DNA of 64,000 bases from an uncultured Gammaproteobacteria bacterium (GTDB lineage Bacteria; Pseudomonadota; Gammaproteobacteria; JAURND01), in NCBI GenBank assembly GCA_963714975.1, contig CAVQQD010000002.1, positions 1,152,001-1,216,000 of the forward strand, written 5' to 3'. Positions 9,578-22,000 of the stretch are shown here, piece after piece. Position numbers and translations under genes: made by a program. Every line of letters begins with the position of its first letter. Within the stretch, counting starts at the first letter, position 1. The notes under the pieces are model-generated. The model was not told where the DNA came from and ran no database searches. It was given only the letters and a program-made list of their open reading frames with translations.

Positions 9578-10343
9578 TTCACATTGCCATTTAGACAAAC
9601 TAGCACTAGACAAATACCAAGGCAGCCTGGATTTGGCCTTGCAACAGGCAGCGCAACAAGGAGTTGAATATTACCTTTGCGTCTGTATAGATCTGTTGCA
9701 TTTTCCAGATATTCTGGCAATTGCCAATCGCTATCACAATGTGAAAGTAACGGTTGGTTTGCATCCCAATGAAAAAGTGTCAATGGAGCCCACAGTTGCT
9801 GAATTAGTGCAATTAGCTGAGCATCCATTGGTGCTGGGAATGGGTGAAACGGGATTAGATTACTATCGCAGTGAAGGTGATTGTGCATGGCAACGAGCGC
9901 GATTTCGCAGGCATATCAACGCTGCAAAAACAGTTAAAAAACCTCTCATTGTACACACCCGGCAAGCACCTGAAGATACCTTGCAGATTTTAAAAGAAGA
10001 AAATGCAACTAGCGTTGGTGGTGTGATGCATTGTTTCACTGAAAGCTGGGAAGTGGCTAAGCAAGCATTGGATTTAGGATTTTATATTTCGTTCTCGGGG
10101 ATTGCGACCTTTCAAAATGCAAGAGCATTGCATGAAGTCGTCAAAAAAGTACCCCTAGAAAAAATGTTGATAGAAACCGACGCACCTTACCTTGCTCCTG
10201 TGCCTTATCGTGGAAAACCCAACGAACCTGCTTATGTGCGATACATTGCAGAAGCGATTGCAATATTAAAAAATGTTGATTTTGATACAGTAGCTAAAAA
10301 AACTACGGAGAATTTTTATAAGCTATTTTCCGTTCCTTTGTAG
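9567..10343 (+). CDS. tatD: TatD family hydrolase (YcfH-like)
   Basis: DSHCHL, GETGLDY, IVHTR, HCFT, ETDAPYLAPVPYRGKPNEP. Confidence 0.95.
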   Translation: MLVDSHCHLDKLALDKYQGSLDLALQQAAQQGVEYYLCVCIDLLHFPDILAIANRYHNVKVTVGLHPNEKVSMEPTVAELVQLAEHPLVLGMGETGLDYYRSEGDCAWQRARFRRHINAAKTVKKPLIVHTRQAPEDTLQILKEENATSVGGVMHCFTESWEVAKQALDLGFYISFSGIATFQNARALHEVVKKVPLEKMLIETDAPYLAPVPYRGKPNEPAYVRYIAEAIAILKNVDFDTVAKKTTENFYKLFSVPL

Positions 10344-10370
10344 GGTACAATTTGTCTGTGGTGAATTAAA

Positions 10371-12437
10371 ATGAATGAATCAAAAGAAATATCATCTCAT
10401 GCTCCCGTCACCTCCGCTCTTATACACATAGAGAAATCTGCCGCAAAATCGGTAAAATCCGATTTGTCGGACGTTTTGCTAAGATTGATAAAGGAAGATC
10501 CCAGTAACAGTATAATAGAAAAACTACGGAATGTATTTACTTCTACTAAGTCGACGCATCATTCATTTTTTACCCCCTATGTTCAAAAGAAAACGCTGGA
10601 CTTAAATACATTTTTTAATGCATTGGAGACGCACGCTAGAGGTTTATCTGCAGCTCAATTATTACAAAACCCATGCTTTGCCCGCATTATTGCTTGGTTG
10701 CATTATGCTGAGCTTTCTGTGATAGAAAAAGAAATTAAAATCCCTGAAAATTTCGTTGAAGCGTTAAAGGAATATCAAATTCAACATCTTCTGACCTATA
10801 TAAAAGACGAGACACAATCTCTAGATAAGAGAGAAAAAATAATAGATGTTTTAGCTCAATATGCTTGCAGTGTCAATTTAAGCCCTCAGCAATCCCAAAA
10901 CCTTTTAGGGGCCTGCAAATCCCTAAATTTAGGTGGTTCAAGAGCTGATTTAAAAGGGAGTTCAAGAGCTTTCATTGGAATACTGCCAAAATTATCTGAT
11001 CAAGTTAATGACGGGGAGGCGATTAACAGGATGAAAGAAATAATAAAGTCGTACAATGATCCATTGCTCAGAACAAGGGCAATAATGGCTCTTTATTCAT
11101 TGGGAATGAAAGTTAATAGTGCTAGCTGCCTGCAGATCATCCGATTTTTGGAGAAACTTTTGCCTACATATTCCTCCCATACACTAATTAAAACTATCAT
11201 TAACTTAGGGCAAGATGCCATCGGCCAACGCGCAGGGATTATTGATCGCATGAAAACAATAATAATAAAAAATAATAAAGATGATGACTGGAAAAACTGC
11301 GCTGCAGTTGAAATCCTTGGCGAATTAGCGAGGGGTGTTGATAGTATTCAGCGCGGAGAAATTATCCAATTTTTGCAGAAAACTATAGCAGCCGAAGATT
11401 TAAGCTATAAAAATCAGAAGTTTCTCTCTACACTAATTGCTGCGCTGGGCAACTTAGCTGCTATCAGTACTGACGATCGGCCGCGCACACAAATTATTTT
11501 GGATCTAAAAAACCTTTTAAATAATAAAGGATATGTGCAAGGTATTGAGGGGGAGGTAATTCTGGCTCTTGGCCGAGTAGGAGCTAGCATTACCACGCGT
11601 CAAAATCAGCTTGAAATCATTCAATTTTTAAAAGGATTTACAGATGATAGGGATAACAACAAAAAAATTTCAGATAATAAGAATTACGTTTATCGTCGTA
11701 ACTTTTGCCAGGTCTGTGTAATTGAAGCACTTGGCGAATTAGGGGCTTCTAGTACTGATGATGATATTCGCACAGAAGTTACTGATTTTATGAAAAAAAT
11801 TTTTCAGGAGATGCCTTCCTTCAAGGAGCACACAATTAAAGCGCTTGGAAAATTAGCTGTTAAGGCGACAATCTCCCAGCGTAGGGATATTATTACGATA
11901 TTGCAAAAAGTAGTACAGTTTAACAAACGGGATGAGGGCGCCATAAATGAGGCTGTAGTTGCTCTTTGTCAGTTAGCTGTTAATCCTAATACTAGTCAGC
12001 ATCAGTGCCAACTGATTGTTCAGACGCTAATCTGTTTTTTAAATAACAAGACAGAGTTCGCAAAGCGTCCCGCAGTCGGGGGAGGGATTGTTCTGTCTCT
12101 TTGTCAACTAGATCTAAGCGCTCTTCAGTGCAAAGAGCTAATTGAGTTTTTACGTTCCATGTATAAAGCTAAGGGGGAGGATGAGGATGCTTGGAGTGCA
12201 GTGGAGCCTCTTGTACAACTCATCAACCATCCAAGCTTGAGGGATGAAAGATCCTCCTTAATTTGCCAAATAGCTATAGATTTTAATAACGATCCAATAA
12301 AAAAGATGAGGTTTGTTTACAGCGCTCAAACGGAATTACGGGCTACTACCTATGAAAAAATTGCTAAGGAAACTCTAAATGAAATATGTCTGAAAATATC
12401 TGATCTTACAAATATTGCGATGTCCTATGTGAAGTAA
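10371..12437 (+). CDS. HEAT/ARM-like helical repeat protein, candidate effector
   Basis: Recurring ALG.L(A/G).....R..II..L..(I/L) units about every 45-55 aa. Confidence 0.7.
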   Translation: MNESKEISSHAPVTSALIHIEKSAAKSVKSDLSDVLLRLIKEDPSNSIIEKLRNVFTSTKSTHHSFFTPYVQKKTLDLNTFFNALETHARGLSAAQLLQNPCFARIIAWLHYAELSVIEKEIKIPENFVEALKEYQIQHLLTYIKDETQSLDKREKIIDVLAQYACSVNLSPQQSQNLLGACKSLNLGGSRADLKGSSRAFIGILPKLSDQVNDGEAINRMKEIIKSYNDPLLRTRAIMALYSLGMKVNSASCLQIIRFLEKLLPTYSSHTLIKTIINLGQDAIGQRAGIIDRMKTIIIKNNKDDDWKNCAAVEILGELARGVDSIQRGEIIQFLQKTIAAEDLSYKNQKFLSTLIAALGNLAAISTDDRPRTQIILDLKNLLNNKGYVQGIEGEVILALGRVGASITTRQNQLEIIQFLKGFTDDRDNNKKISDNKNYVYRRNFCQVCVIEALGELGASSTDDDIRTEVTDFMKKIFQEMPSFKEHTIKALGKLAVKATISQRRDIITILQKVVQFNKRDEGAINEAVVALCQLAVNPNTSQHQCQLIVQTLICFLNNKTEFAKRPAVGGGIVLSLCQLDLSALQCKELIEFLRSMYKAKGEDEDAWSAVEPLVQLINHPSLRDERSSLICQIAIDFNNDPIKKMRFVYSAQTELRATTYEKIAKETLNEICLKISDLTNIAMSYVK

Positions 12438-12809
12438 TAATCTTCACCAACAAAATCTGTGGTCCTCTCACCTTAACTACTACAATATCAAATTCTGTGG
12501 ATGTGAAAAAGATTACATAAAATTAGATAGATGGAGAAAAAATTTTAAATTATTGAAGAAATATAATTTATCATTTGACATGCAAATCTATCCTGAACAA
12601 GTAGATGAGATTTTACCTTATTGTAAATCAGGCGGATTGCACAGATATAGGTAAGCGTCCAACCACTAACGTCATTCCCCCAATAGCGATTCCGTGCTAT
12701 TTTTAAAAAAATCCAAGTCTTTCACGTGATAAGGCAGCAATTTTTCGAAATCTGTTACGTGTTTGCAATTGGGCAGTTCTTTAAAAATATAAGTGAGATA
12801 GAACAAAAG

Positions 12810-14517
12810 ATGTCCCTTATCAAGTCACCATTCTCGCCTGCTCAATTAAATCAATTAGAGCATATGGTTATGTCTCAAGGGGGACATGCTCTCAGTGAAG
12901 ACGCTGCGATCTTACTCTCCGATCGACATTGGTTCTATATTTATGAATTGGCGCAGGCCTTAAACAATACAGGTAATTGGATTAATTACTATACGAGACA
13001 GCCATTTAATACCTATGATGTAACTAGAATCAAAGAACTCATTAAAAATAAAAAAATCGGTATGAATGCACCTAACGAGCAGAAATTACCTACTTCCACA
13101 GAAGATGATCCTTTCCTAACTGCTGCGCTAAATATTGCCCAAGCAGAAGGCTACGAAATACCTTTTGCCAATAATTTTTTAGTAGATGAGCATATTAGGA
13201 ATCTAGTTTCATCAGGCAGATTAACCCAGGAACAAAGTTTGCCGACCGTTAGACAAATAGTACGGGCAATTGAGATGAATGAACGGTTGAGCGCCTGTTT
13301 TAGCCGAAACCTATTGAGTCTTACCCAGCTTCATGAGTGGGGGTCAATGGAGGCTACTCGTATAGCTAATATCGCTTACTCTGACTATACATGGGTCTTC
13401 GTTTGTGATGGTGCCCTTAGTCTCCGAACAAATTCGTGCATGGGGGGAAGCAGAAACTCTGAGGGTAGTTAATATTGCTAAACAATCCCATATTAGTAAA
13501 TATTTTGAACCCCCTCGTCCAGACCTACTTGATCCCTTACGCTTTGAACAAGAAATGACTCTTGCCGAAATTAAAATGTGGAATCCTCGTCAAATAGAGG
13601 TGGCGACTCGGGATTACAGGAATATTGATTTAAGTAATGAGGATTTAAGGGGCCTTGATCTTCGTGTGGCAAAAAATTTATCTCGAGCCTCTTCCTTGAG
13701 AGGAGTTAATTTATCCCACGCTAATTTGTCGGGCGTTAAGTTAGATAATCAAGATCTTCAAGGTGCGAATCTTTCCCATACTAACTTAAGCTTGGCTTGC
13801 CTCAATGGAGCCAATTTGCAAGGCGCAAATCTCTCCGGTGCCAACCTAAGTGGAGCTACATTTCGAGGAGCTTATTGTCAACAAGCCAACTTTTCGGCAG
13901 CTAATTTTAGCAGGCAGCGAATTCGAATATTTAATCAGCCAGGGAACAGGCTTTTAACAAGCTATCATGATCGAAGTGTAGACTTGACTGCTACAGATTT
14001 ACGCAATACAGTTGGAATGCCAAGACTAAGCACTCTGGGGGTTTACTCACCAGGTGCGCGCATAGACCATGATTTTTTTTGGCGCCCCCACTCGGATTGT
14101 CAAATAGCTACACATCAATTGACAGCAAAAGCTCATCATTTACGCGCACGAGGATATCTAAGAGAAGCTACAGCTGCAGAGCGGTTAACTTATTCCGATT
14201 CACACCCCAGAGAGGAACATCAGCTTGTAGAGTCGAGGAAGTTATTGTCGAAATTACGCGACAATAAAAAAACAGCTGGGCATCTGCTATTTGGCTTGAT
14301 TATTCTTTCTATGGTTACAGAAGGTAGTTTACAATTTACTCACTCGGGTAATATTTTTGAGCTAGAACCTCAAGCCGAGATATATTTAGCAATTGCTTTG
14401 TGTAGTACAGCTGTTTTAGCCCTCATGATCAAAAAAGCAGTGACTGGTAATGTATTCTGCTTTACTTCAGAAGCAGGAGAAATTGCTGATACGCTGTATG
14501 CATTAAAAGGCAGTTGA
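12810..14517 (+). CDS. Pentapeptide-repeat protein with C-terminal TM segments (frameshift near 13420)
   Basis: ANLSG/ANLQG pentapeptide repeats; two overlapping ORFs (12726-13472, 13405-14517) that look like one gene. Confidence 0.75.
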
Positions 14518-14835
14518 CATCCTCGCCCTGAAGAGCGAGGATTTCTACTGCTTTTAACCATCACCCCAAACCTGCACGATTCCTGCACGCTACTTCTATT
14601 TAAGGATCAATTTCCAAACTGTGTTTCTAGCCTTTCCTTGTTGCTCCAATAAACCTAAAGATTTTAAAACCGTAAAATCAGCTTTTATAGTCCTAAGACT
14701 TAATTTTTCCCCTAAACGATTATAAATTTCTTGAGCATTTAAAGCTTCTCCATAAGCAAGAATCTCCATTATTTTTTGCTGCCTATCGGTTAAAGTAATA
14801 TTTTCTTGCTTCTCAATTGATATTATTGGAGGCTT
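14235..14835. repeat. 601-bp direct repeat, copy 1 (copy 2 at 29172-29772)
   Basis: Near-identical sequence at constant offset 14937, with scattered substitutions. Confidence 0.95.
14596..14835 (-). pseudogene. C-terminal winged-helix fragment of a RecG-C/ATP-binding-type protein
   Basis: Manual translation: ...LTDRQQKIMEIL...LSLRTIKADFTVLKSLGLLEQQGKARNTVWK*. Confidence 0.55.
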
Positions 14836-14854
14836 TATATTTAGTTACGAGATT

Positions 14855-15139
14855 TTGGCTACTGAAAAACTATTGCTGCAAAGGGGCCTTATCCCTTCTG
14901 TATTTTTCCGTTATCCAGGCTTAGTTGCTAATGAAACACTACTGTTAAAATTAAATAAGTTAAGCATTATTCCTTTAGGAAGTGATGCTTGGTTGGCGAA
15001 GAAAGAAATTCCAAAAGCTGGTAGTATTATCTTAGTGCATGGCAATTCCAATGAACATGAAGGTATAGTGGCTGCTATGGAATTACTGAAAAAAAGCAAT
15101 CTTACTTTTTTACCCTTGCAGCAGGCCATAGTGGAGTAG
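14855..15139 (+). pseudogene. C-terminal fragment of a polysaccharide deacetylase-like protein
   Basis: PSVFFRYPGL, PLGSDAWLAK, GSIILVHGN.NE motifs. Confidence 0.7.
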
Positions 15140-15226
15140 ATCAGCCACTTTCTAATAAATCATTGAGAAAACTGTTTATCGCTTCAACAATCCATTTCTA
15201 AAAAACTCATGTAACTATTTGATTTA

Positions 15227-15272
15227 CTGGTGGGCCCACTAGGACTCGAACCTAGGACCAAGGGATTATGAG
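15227..15272 (-). repeat. att site: 46-bp copy of the 3' part of tRNA-Ile2
   Basis: Identical to 30430-30475 (ctggtgggcccactaggactcgaacctaggaccaagggattatgag). Confidence 0.95.
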
Positions 15273-15404
15273 GCTCAAAGTTGTGTCGTAACTATCTAAT
15301 TTTAAACAATTTTATTAGGCGGGCACCCCACTGCAAATGCCTAATAAAGCAGAGTGGAGCAGCACCGAATCGCGCAAAAGTCGCACAGGGTCAAACTAAA
15401 GTTT

Positions 15405-15701
15405 TCATGCTGCCTTAGGATGTTTTTTAACCCATGCTCTCAATACCTCGTCCATACGTGTTTGCCAACCCTCCCCTGTTGATTTGAAATATTCTATGAC
15501 TTCAGGGCTATAGCGTATTGTTATAGCTTTTTTAATTGGCTTTTTCTGATGCCCACGCTGGCCAATCTTACGTTTAGGCAAGGCCTTGAATAACTCTTTA
15601 GGCAAAACTTCAGCAGCAGAACGCATGACACTGATATCGTCATTTTTTAGTTCTCTAACATCCCCTTCTTTATTCGTCAGCCGGCTCTCTCTTTTGCTCA
15701 T
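15405..15701 (-). CDS. brnA: BrnA antitoxin
   Basis: K..ITIRYSPEVIEYFKSTGEGWQTRMDEVL motif; overlaps the toxin gene. Confidence 0.9.
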   Translation of the reverse strand: MSKRESRLTNKEGDVRELKNDDISVMRSAAEVLPKELFKALPKRKIGQRGHQKKPIKKAITIRYSPEVIEYFKSTGEGWQTRMDEVLRAWVKKHPKAA

Positions 15702-15954
15702 ATCTTTTCACCTCTCTTAAGTTAGCTTTACGAAAACTAATGATACGTACACCACCAGCGATTGGAGTAAAACATATTACATGAAGCCTATCTCCTAAAT
15801 ATCCCATTGTCACAATGCGCTTTTCAGGGTACGGGTTTCGAGCATCCTCAACATAAGCTGCTGTTTCCCAATCAAATTCAATTACCTTATCAAATGGCAA
15901 ACCGCGTTTTTCCTTGTTTTTATTAGATTTTTTAGGATCGAACTCAAGTTTCAT
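15670..15954 (-). CDS. brnT: BrnT ribonuclease toxin
   Basis: EFDPKKS..N..KRGLPF, Y.E.R, RIISFRKAN.RE motifs. Confidence 0.9.
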   Translation of the reverse strand: MKLEFDPKKSNKNKEKRGLPFDKVIEFDWETAAYVEDARNPYPEKRIVTMGYLGDRLHVICFTPIAGGVRIISFRKANLREVKRYEQKREPADE

Positions 15955-16094
15955 ATGTTTAATTGTAGCCACAAATAATTATATGTCAAGCACTTAGGGT
16001 GACTTGGCCAACCATATTTCTTGTCTGAGCATCAGCCAATTCTTTTTTTTAAGAAAAAATTCTTAGTTTTTGTTGTTTTTCAATTTTGCATGAG

Positions 16095-19000
16095 TCACCT
16101 AATGCAGGGGCAGGGGCCATGAGGTTGAATTGATTGGATCAGCTGCAGATAAAAACTCGCTAATTCTTCAACAGTGTGAAACGGCACCGTACCTGTACCT
16201 ACTTCAATGCCCGGATCTTGAATGCCATATAAAGGCCGTTCTGGATCTAAGTATTTAGTTAATGAAATGTACCAAAATACCGTACCTCCAATGGGATGAA
16301 TCAAAAATAACGGTTTTTTTGAACCCTTTGGGTTTAAAGGAACTAGGCAACGAGGTAAAAGGTTTTTTTCGGCAATGGCTGTAGCGGCTAAAAAAGCCTG
16401 TTTTCCTCCCTAGATCGCGATACCAATTGGGCAAGCTGCGCAATCGTAGGGTTGGGTAAAAAATCACTCAAGGCGATAGGTGTTTTGAATTCCGCTTCGG
16501 TGACAGATAATAGTTTTAATGCCGAAAAAGAATTCCCTCCTAATTCAAAAAAGTGATCTTGTACACTGATAGAATGAATTCCTAATAGCTTTGACCAGAT
16601 AGATGATAGCGTTTTTTCTTCTAGGGTTTGAGGTGATATAAATTTTCGCTGTACATAATGCCCTTCCTCGGGCTGGGGGAGCGCTTTCTTATCAATTTTG
16701 CCATTCTTCGTTAATGGGAATTCAGCTAAAAACACATAAGCCCCTGGGATCATATAGGACGGTAAATAGTCCGCTAAATAATGACGCAATTGATTCGCCG
16801 TGATGGCTTGACTGCACGTCATATAGGCCGTTAAAAACGAGATCCCCTGCTGGATTAGAATGCGTAGTCACCAGAGCTTGTTTTACGCCTTGAAAATCAA
16901 GAATTCGTGCTTCAATTTCTCCCAGCTCAATGCGAAAGCCACGAATTTTCACTTGATCATCACTCCTGCCTTTATAGGCCAGCGTGCCATCGGGTAACCA
17001 CATGGCCAAATCACCTGAACGGTATAACGGTTCTGAGGGATGATCGATGAAAGGATTCGCCACAAATTTGTCTTGAGTCAACTGAAGTTTATTTAAATAT
17101 CCTTTCGCAACGCCACTGCCCCCTACATAAATCTCCCCGATCACATAGGGGGGCACAGGCAGCTGATTTTTATCTAAAAGATAAATAGCACGTTCCGGTA
17201 GCGGTTTACCAATAATCGAATACTCGGAGGTTTTGACATTTTCCTCGGTGAGAACATGATAAGTCGCATGAATCGTGGCTTCGGTGATTCCATACATATT
17301 GATGAGCTGAGGCTGTCGATAATCATGCCGTGCAAACCAAGGAGATAATGCAGATATTGATAATGCCTCTCCACCAAAAATGACATAACGCAGCAATAAC
17401 GATTGAGGCTGCATTTGGTCGATAGTCATCAATTGATAAAATACAGAAGGCGTGACATTCAATACTGTGATCGACCGCTCAACCATCCAACGATAAAAAT
17501 TTGAGAGGTCTTGCTGCATCGATGCAGGGACAATTTCTAATTTTCCACCATTTAGCAAGGCACCCCACATTTCCCAGACGGAAAAATCAAAATGAAACGA
17601 ATGAAACAACGACCAAGTATCTTGATCCGTAAAATGAAATAAAGATTGCGTAGCCACCATTAATTGTGTCACATTTCGATGCGTGATTAGCGTTCCTTTG
17701 GGATCACCAGTAGAACCTGAGGTGTACATCACATAGGCCAAATCATCAACGCTGACTCGAGGTAAAGAGAAAGAATTTTTCCCGACAAAACGACAGTCTT
17801 CGAGATAAACCACTCGCACAGAGCTTTGCAAATTGAGCGATTTTGAGGACAAAGTCTTCTTCTCGGTCAGTAAACAAGTTGCTTGACTGTCTTTGATTAG
17901 GTATTCAATGCGCTTGGGTGGATTCTGCGGATCGATAGGAAGATAGTGAGCACCCGCTTTTAAGCTGGCTAGAATCGCTACCAGCATCGATATACCACGT
18001 TCTAGATACAGGGCTAGTAACGTTCCAGACTTCACTCCCGCTTGCTGCAAGGCACAAGCCAGCCGATTGGCTTGATTTTCTAATTCACGATAGGTCAATT
18101 GTTTTTGCTCAAACACCACCGCTATTCGATGCGGATGCTTTTTGGCTTGTTGTGCAAATAAAGCGTGAATCGTTTGGGCAGAATCTCTAGAAGCTTGGTG
18201 TGGATTCCAATCATAGAGAATTTGTTGATATTCTTGAGTAGATAGCAAGGGTAATCTGTGGATGAGTTGCTCGGGATTCTGCAATAAAGTCGTCATTAAC
18301 CCTGCATAATGCGCAATCACCTGCTTTAATTTAGCGCTCTCCACCTTGGATACGTCATAAGAAAATTTAATCTGCGTTTCCTCCTGTTGAAAAACAGAAA
18401 TCGTCAAAGGGTAATGCGTAGAATCAACAATCGTAATATCATGAAAATTTATTTTTAAGGCAGAAATTCTTGCTTTGGGGTAATTTTCAACCACCAACAA
18501 GCTTTGTAATAAGTCTTGTAAATTTCGTGAAGCTGGATTCCAGGTTTGTATTTCCGATAAAAAAACATAACCATATTCCAGCACTTCGAGAATATTGCGT
18601 TGCACGTGCTTTAAATAATTTAAGGCAGTGTGTTCATTAGCAAAACGGATACGCAAAGGTAACGTATTGACCATTAAGCCAAGGATACGATCCCCCTGAA
18701 TATCACTTGGCCGCAACGAAAAGGAGATTCCAAAAATAACGTCATCAGTTTGAGTATATCGATGTAATAGTAAAGCCCAAAGCGCTTGGAAAAAAGTGTT
18801 AGCAGTTAAATGGTGAACCTTTAAAAAATTGTGAATCTCTTGTGTTAATTGCACCGGTAGCTTTAAAACATGATCAGCTGTTTGGTGTATTAAAGAAGAA
18901 GCGTTTTTTTCTTTCAACAAAAAATTTTGATAGCTTTCTTGATGCTCTATTCCCGACAAATACTGACTCCAAAATTGTCGAGCTCGTTCTTTTGGTTGTA

Positions 19001-22000
19001 ATTGTAACCAATGCACATAGGATGAAAAAGGAAGTGCCGGCGTTAATTTTAGCGTTTGTTGCTGCTGAAAACGGTGATAAATGGAATCCAATTCCTGCAT
19101 AAACAGAGAAAAAGACCAACCATCTAATAAAATATGATGAGTGGTTATCACCAAAATCCCTTGTCCTGGTCTGAGGTGAATCCAAGTTACACGAAGCAAG
19201 GACACTTCATCAAGAGCAAATCCTGCCTCTCGGTCGGCTAGGAGGAATTCTTGTAACGCTGTTTGTTGTTCTTTTCTAGAAACTCTTTCCCAGTGGTACT
19301 GATGCCAATGCAAATTACCTTTCGGTTCGGCCACTTGCAAAGGTTCACCACCTTGTTTCCACACAAAGCGGGTGCGCAGTATGTCATGGCGTGAAATCAA
19401 ATATTCAAACGATTGTTGTAGAATCGAAAGATTAATCGAAGCATCTAAAGTCCAATAAAATTGCACCACATAAGCGCTGGCATTCGGTGTAGATAATGCA
19501 TGGTAGAGCAAACCCTTTTGTAGCGGTGTGAGTGGATACCGCTGAGGGAAACTATTAGCTAGTTTATGAACTTGTTCTCTAATGCAGCTCAAAGATTGCT
19601 CTGGTTGGATCATCTGCAATAAATTTTTAAGATCAGCAAGAAAACGCTGCGCTAGTTTTGCGATGGTTGTGCGTCGATGAAAGTTGCGACTATAAGTCCA
19701 ACTCAACTCTAGCTGCTTATTTTTAATCACGGCATCGATAGTAATTAAATAGGGACGAATATTTTTGGGATGTGATAGCAATTTTAACTCGCCTATACTA
19801 AAGAAATTTTGTGCAAAGGCTTGATCCAATTGTCCCCAATAATTAAAAGCGATTTGTGATTGTTGATCTGCCGTACAGTCCGTCGTCTTGACAAAACGCC
19901 GTAAACCATAACTAATGCCATGGCGTGGTACCGCTTGCAATTGCTGCTGGACTGATTGGATGATTTCGAGTAGCGATAAATTTTTATTACAGCTTAATCG
20001 CAGAGGAAATACACTAGTAAACCAACCAAGAGTAGCAGATAAATTAATTTCCGTGGTTAATTCTTCACGACCGTGGCGTTCAATATCCAACGTGATGCAA
20101 TCTGTTTGACACCAGCGCATAAGGGATTTTGCCAACAAGGCAATTAGAATTTCATCGGTATTTAAGTGATGCGTTTTCGAAAATGTGCGCAGTAAGCTTT
20201 GAGTTTCTTCCACGGCTAATGTTACAGTGACATATTCAGCGGATTTTTCTATGTTAGTACCTTGTTGGTGATCAATAGGAATGGGCGTAAATGAATCAAC
20301 TCCTTGCCAATAGCCTTGCTCTTCTTTAAATTGCGAAGAAACTACATAGTTTTCAAGCGCGTAAACCCACTGTTGATAGGAAGTACTATTAGCAAATTTC
20401 TGCCAGTTAGTACCCCCCTCCTTCAATCCTGCATATAAACTTTGCAATTCATCTAAGAAAATTTGCCAAGAAACGCCATCCATAATCAAATGATGAGCCA
20501 CCAAAAGTAAATGGGTAATTTGCCCTTGCTGACGCACTAAGGCTACCTTGAGTAGATAGCCTGTCTCAAAATTAAAATTCTGGGCCACATTCATCGCCCA
20601 TTCATTCACAAAATCCTGAATTGGAACCAATCGGCTATCGATGACTGGAAAATCCGTACATAAGTCATGAACCTTATCGGCATAATATTGCTGCCAATTT
20701 CCTTGCTCCTTTTTAAATTGGAGGCGAAAAATTTCATGCCATTCAATAACTTCCCGCAAACAGCAAAGCAATAATTCTAAATCAACAGATTTTTGAAATT
20801 CTAACCAACAAATTTGGACAAATTGCTGCGGATGAGTGAATGATTGTTCAAAGAACCAGCGCTGAATCGGTGTTAAAGCAAAATTTTGGGCTAATGGCGC
20901 AGTTGGTTTTGTGGCGGTTTTTTCATGTAATCTTTTAACCAATTTTTTTATGGTGGATGCTTCAAATACATCTCGCACAGAACATTGCAAGCCTAATGCA
21001 TTGATTTTGGAAACCAAATGCATTGCTAAAATCGAGTCACCTCCCAGGAAAAAAAAGTCATCCTCTACACTGAGTGAATCAACCCCCAGTATTTTTTGGA
21101 AAATTTCTAGGAGTAATGTTTCTTTGGCTGACATAGGTCCTTGAACTGCTTGTTCATTAATGAGAGATGGTTTTTTGAGCAGTAAATTTTTATCAATTTT
21201 TCCATTAACAGTTCTTGGAAATCGAGCAACTTCAATTATTTTTGAGGGAACACTGTAACGAGCTAGCTGTTTTTTTAGAAAATGACTAAACTTCGCGATA
21301 TCGATTTTATTGCAGTTATTTTTCTTGATAAAAAAGAGTTTAATTTGGCTTTTTTCGGCTGTGGTATCTAGGCAAGCCACAGCTTGTAAAATATTCGGAT
21401 AAGCTACTGCTATTTGTTCTAATTCACTCAACTCTACCCGACAACCTAAAATTTTAATTTGTTCATCCATTCGGCCCATATATTCGAGATTACCATCCGG
21501 CAACCAACGAGCTAAGTCACCCGTTTTATACACTATCTGAGAGACCTCTTTGGTTCCATGCTCCAAAGACCAAGGTATAAATTTACTGTTAGTAAGGGCA
21601 TCTCGATTTAAGTATCCTTTTGCCAAACCATGTCCTGTGACGTACAACTCTCCAGTTATACCCATTGGTAAAGGTTGCATGTTATCATCTAAAATAAAAA
21701 TTTTAGTATTCGCAATCGGTTTACCAATAGTTATTTTGCTAATACTTGCACCCAAGGTTGCCATCGTGGCGCAGATCGTAATTTCGGTGGGCCCATAAGC
21801 ATTAACAAAAAGGGGAACGTTGACCCACTGCTTTACTATCGCCCTAGAACATGATTCACCCGCTGAAATAATTATCCGCAAATGGGAGGTAGAAGGTGGT
21901 GGAGTTATCGCTAGTATAGAAGGCACTAAAGTAGTGATAGTAATTTTATTTTTTTCTAGAAAATGCGTAAGTTTACTGCCTGGTAACAAATTTTCTTTCC

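Noticed and set aside
15227-15272. Second tRNA gene
   Set aside because: Only the 3' part is present; it is the att duplication.
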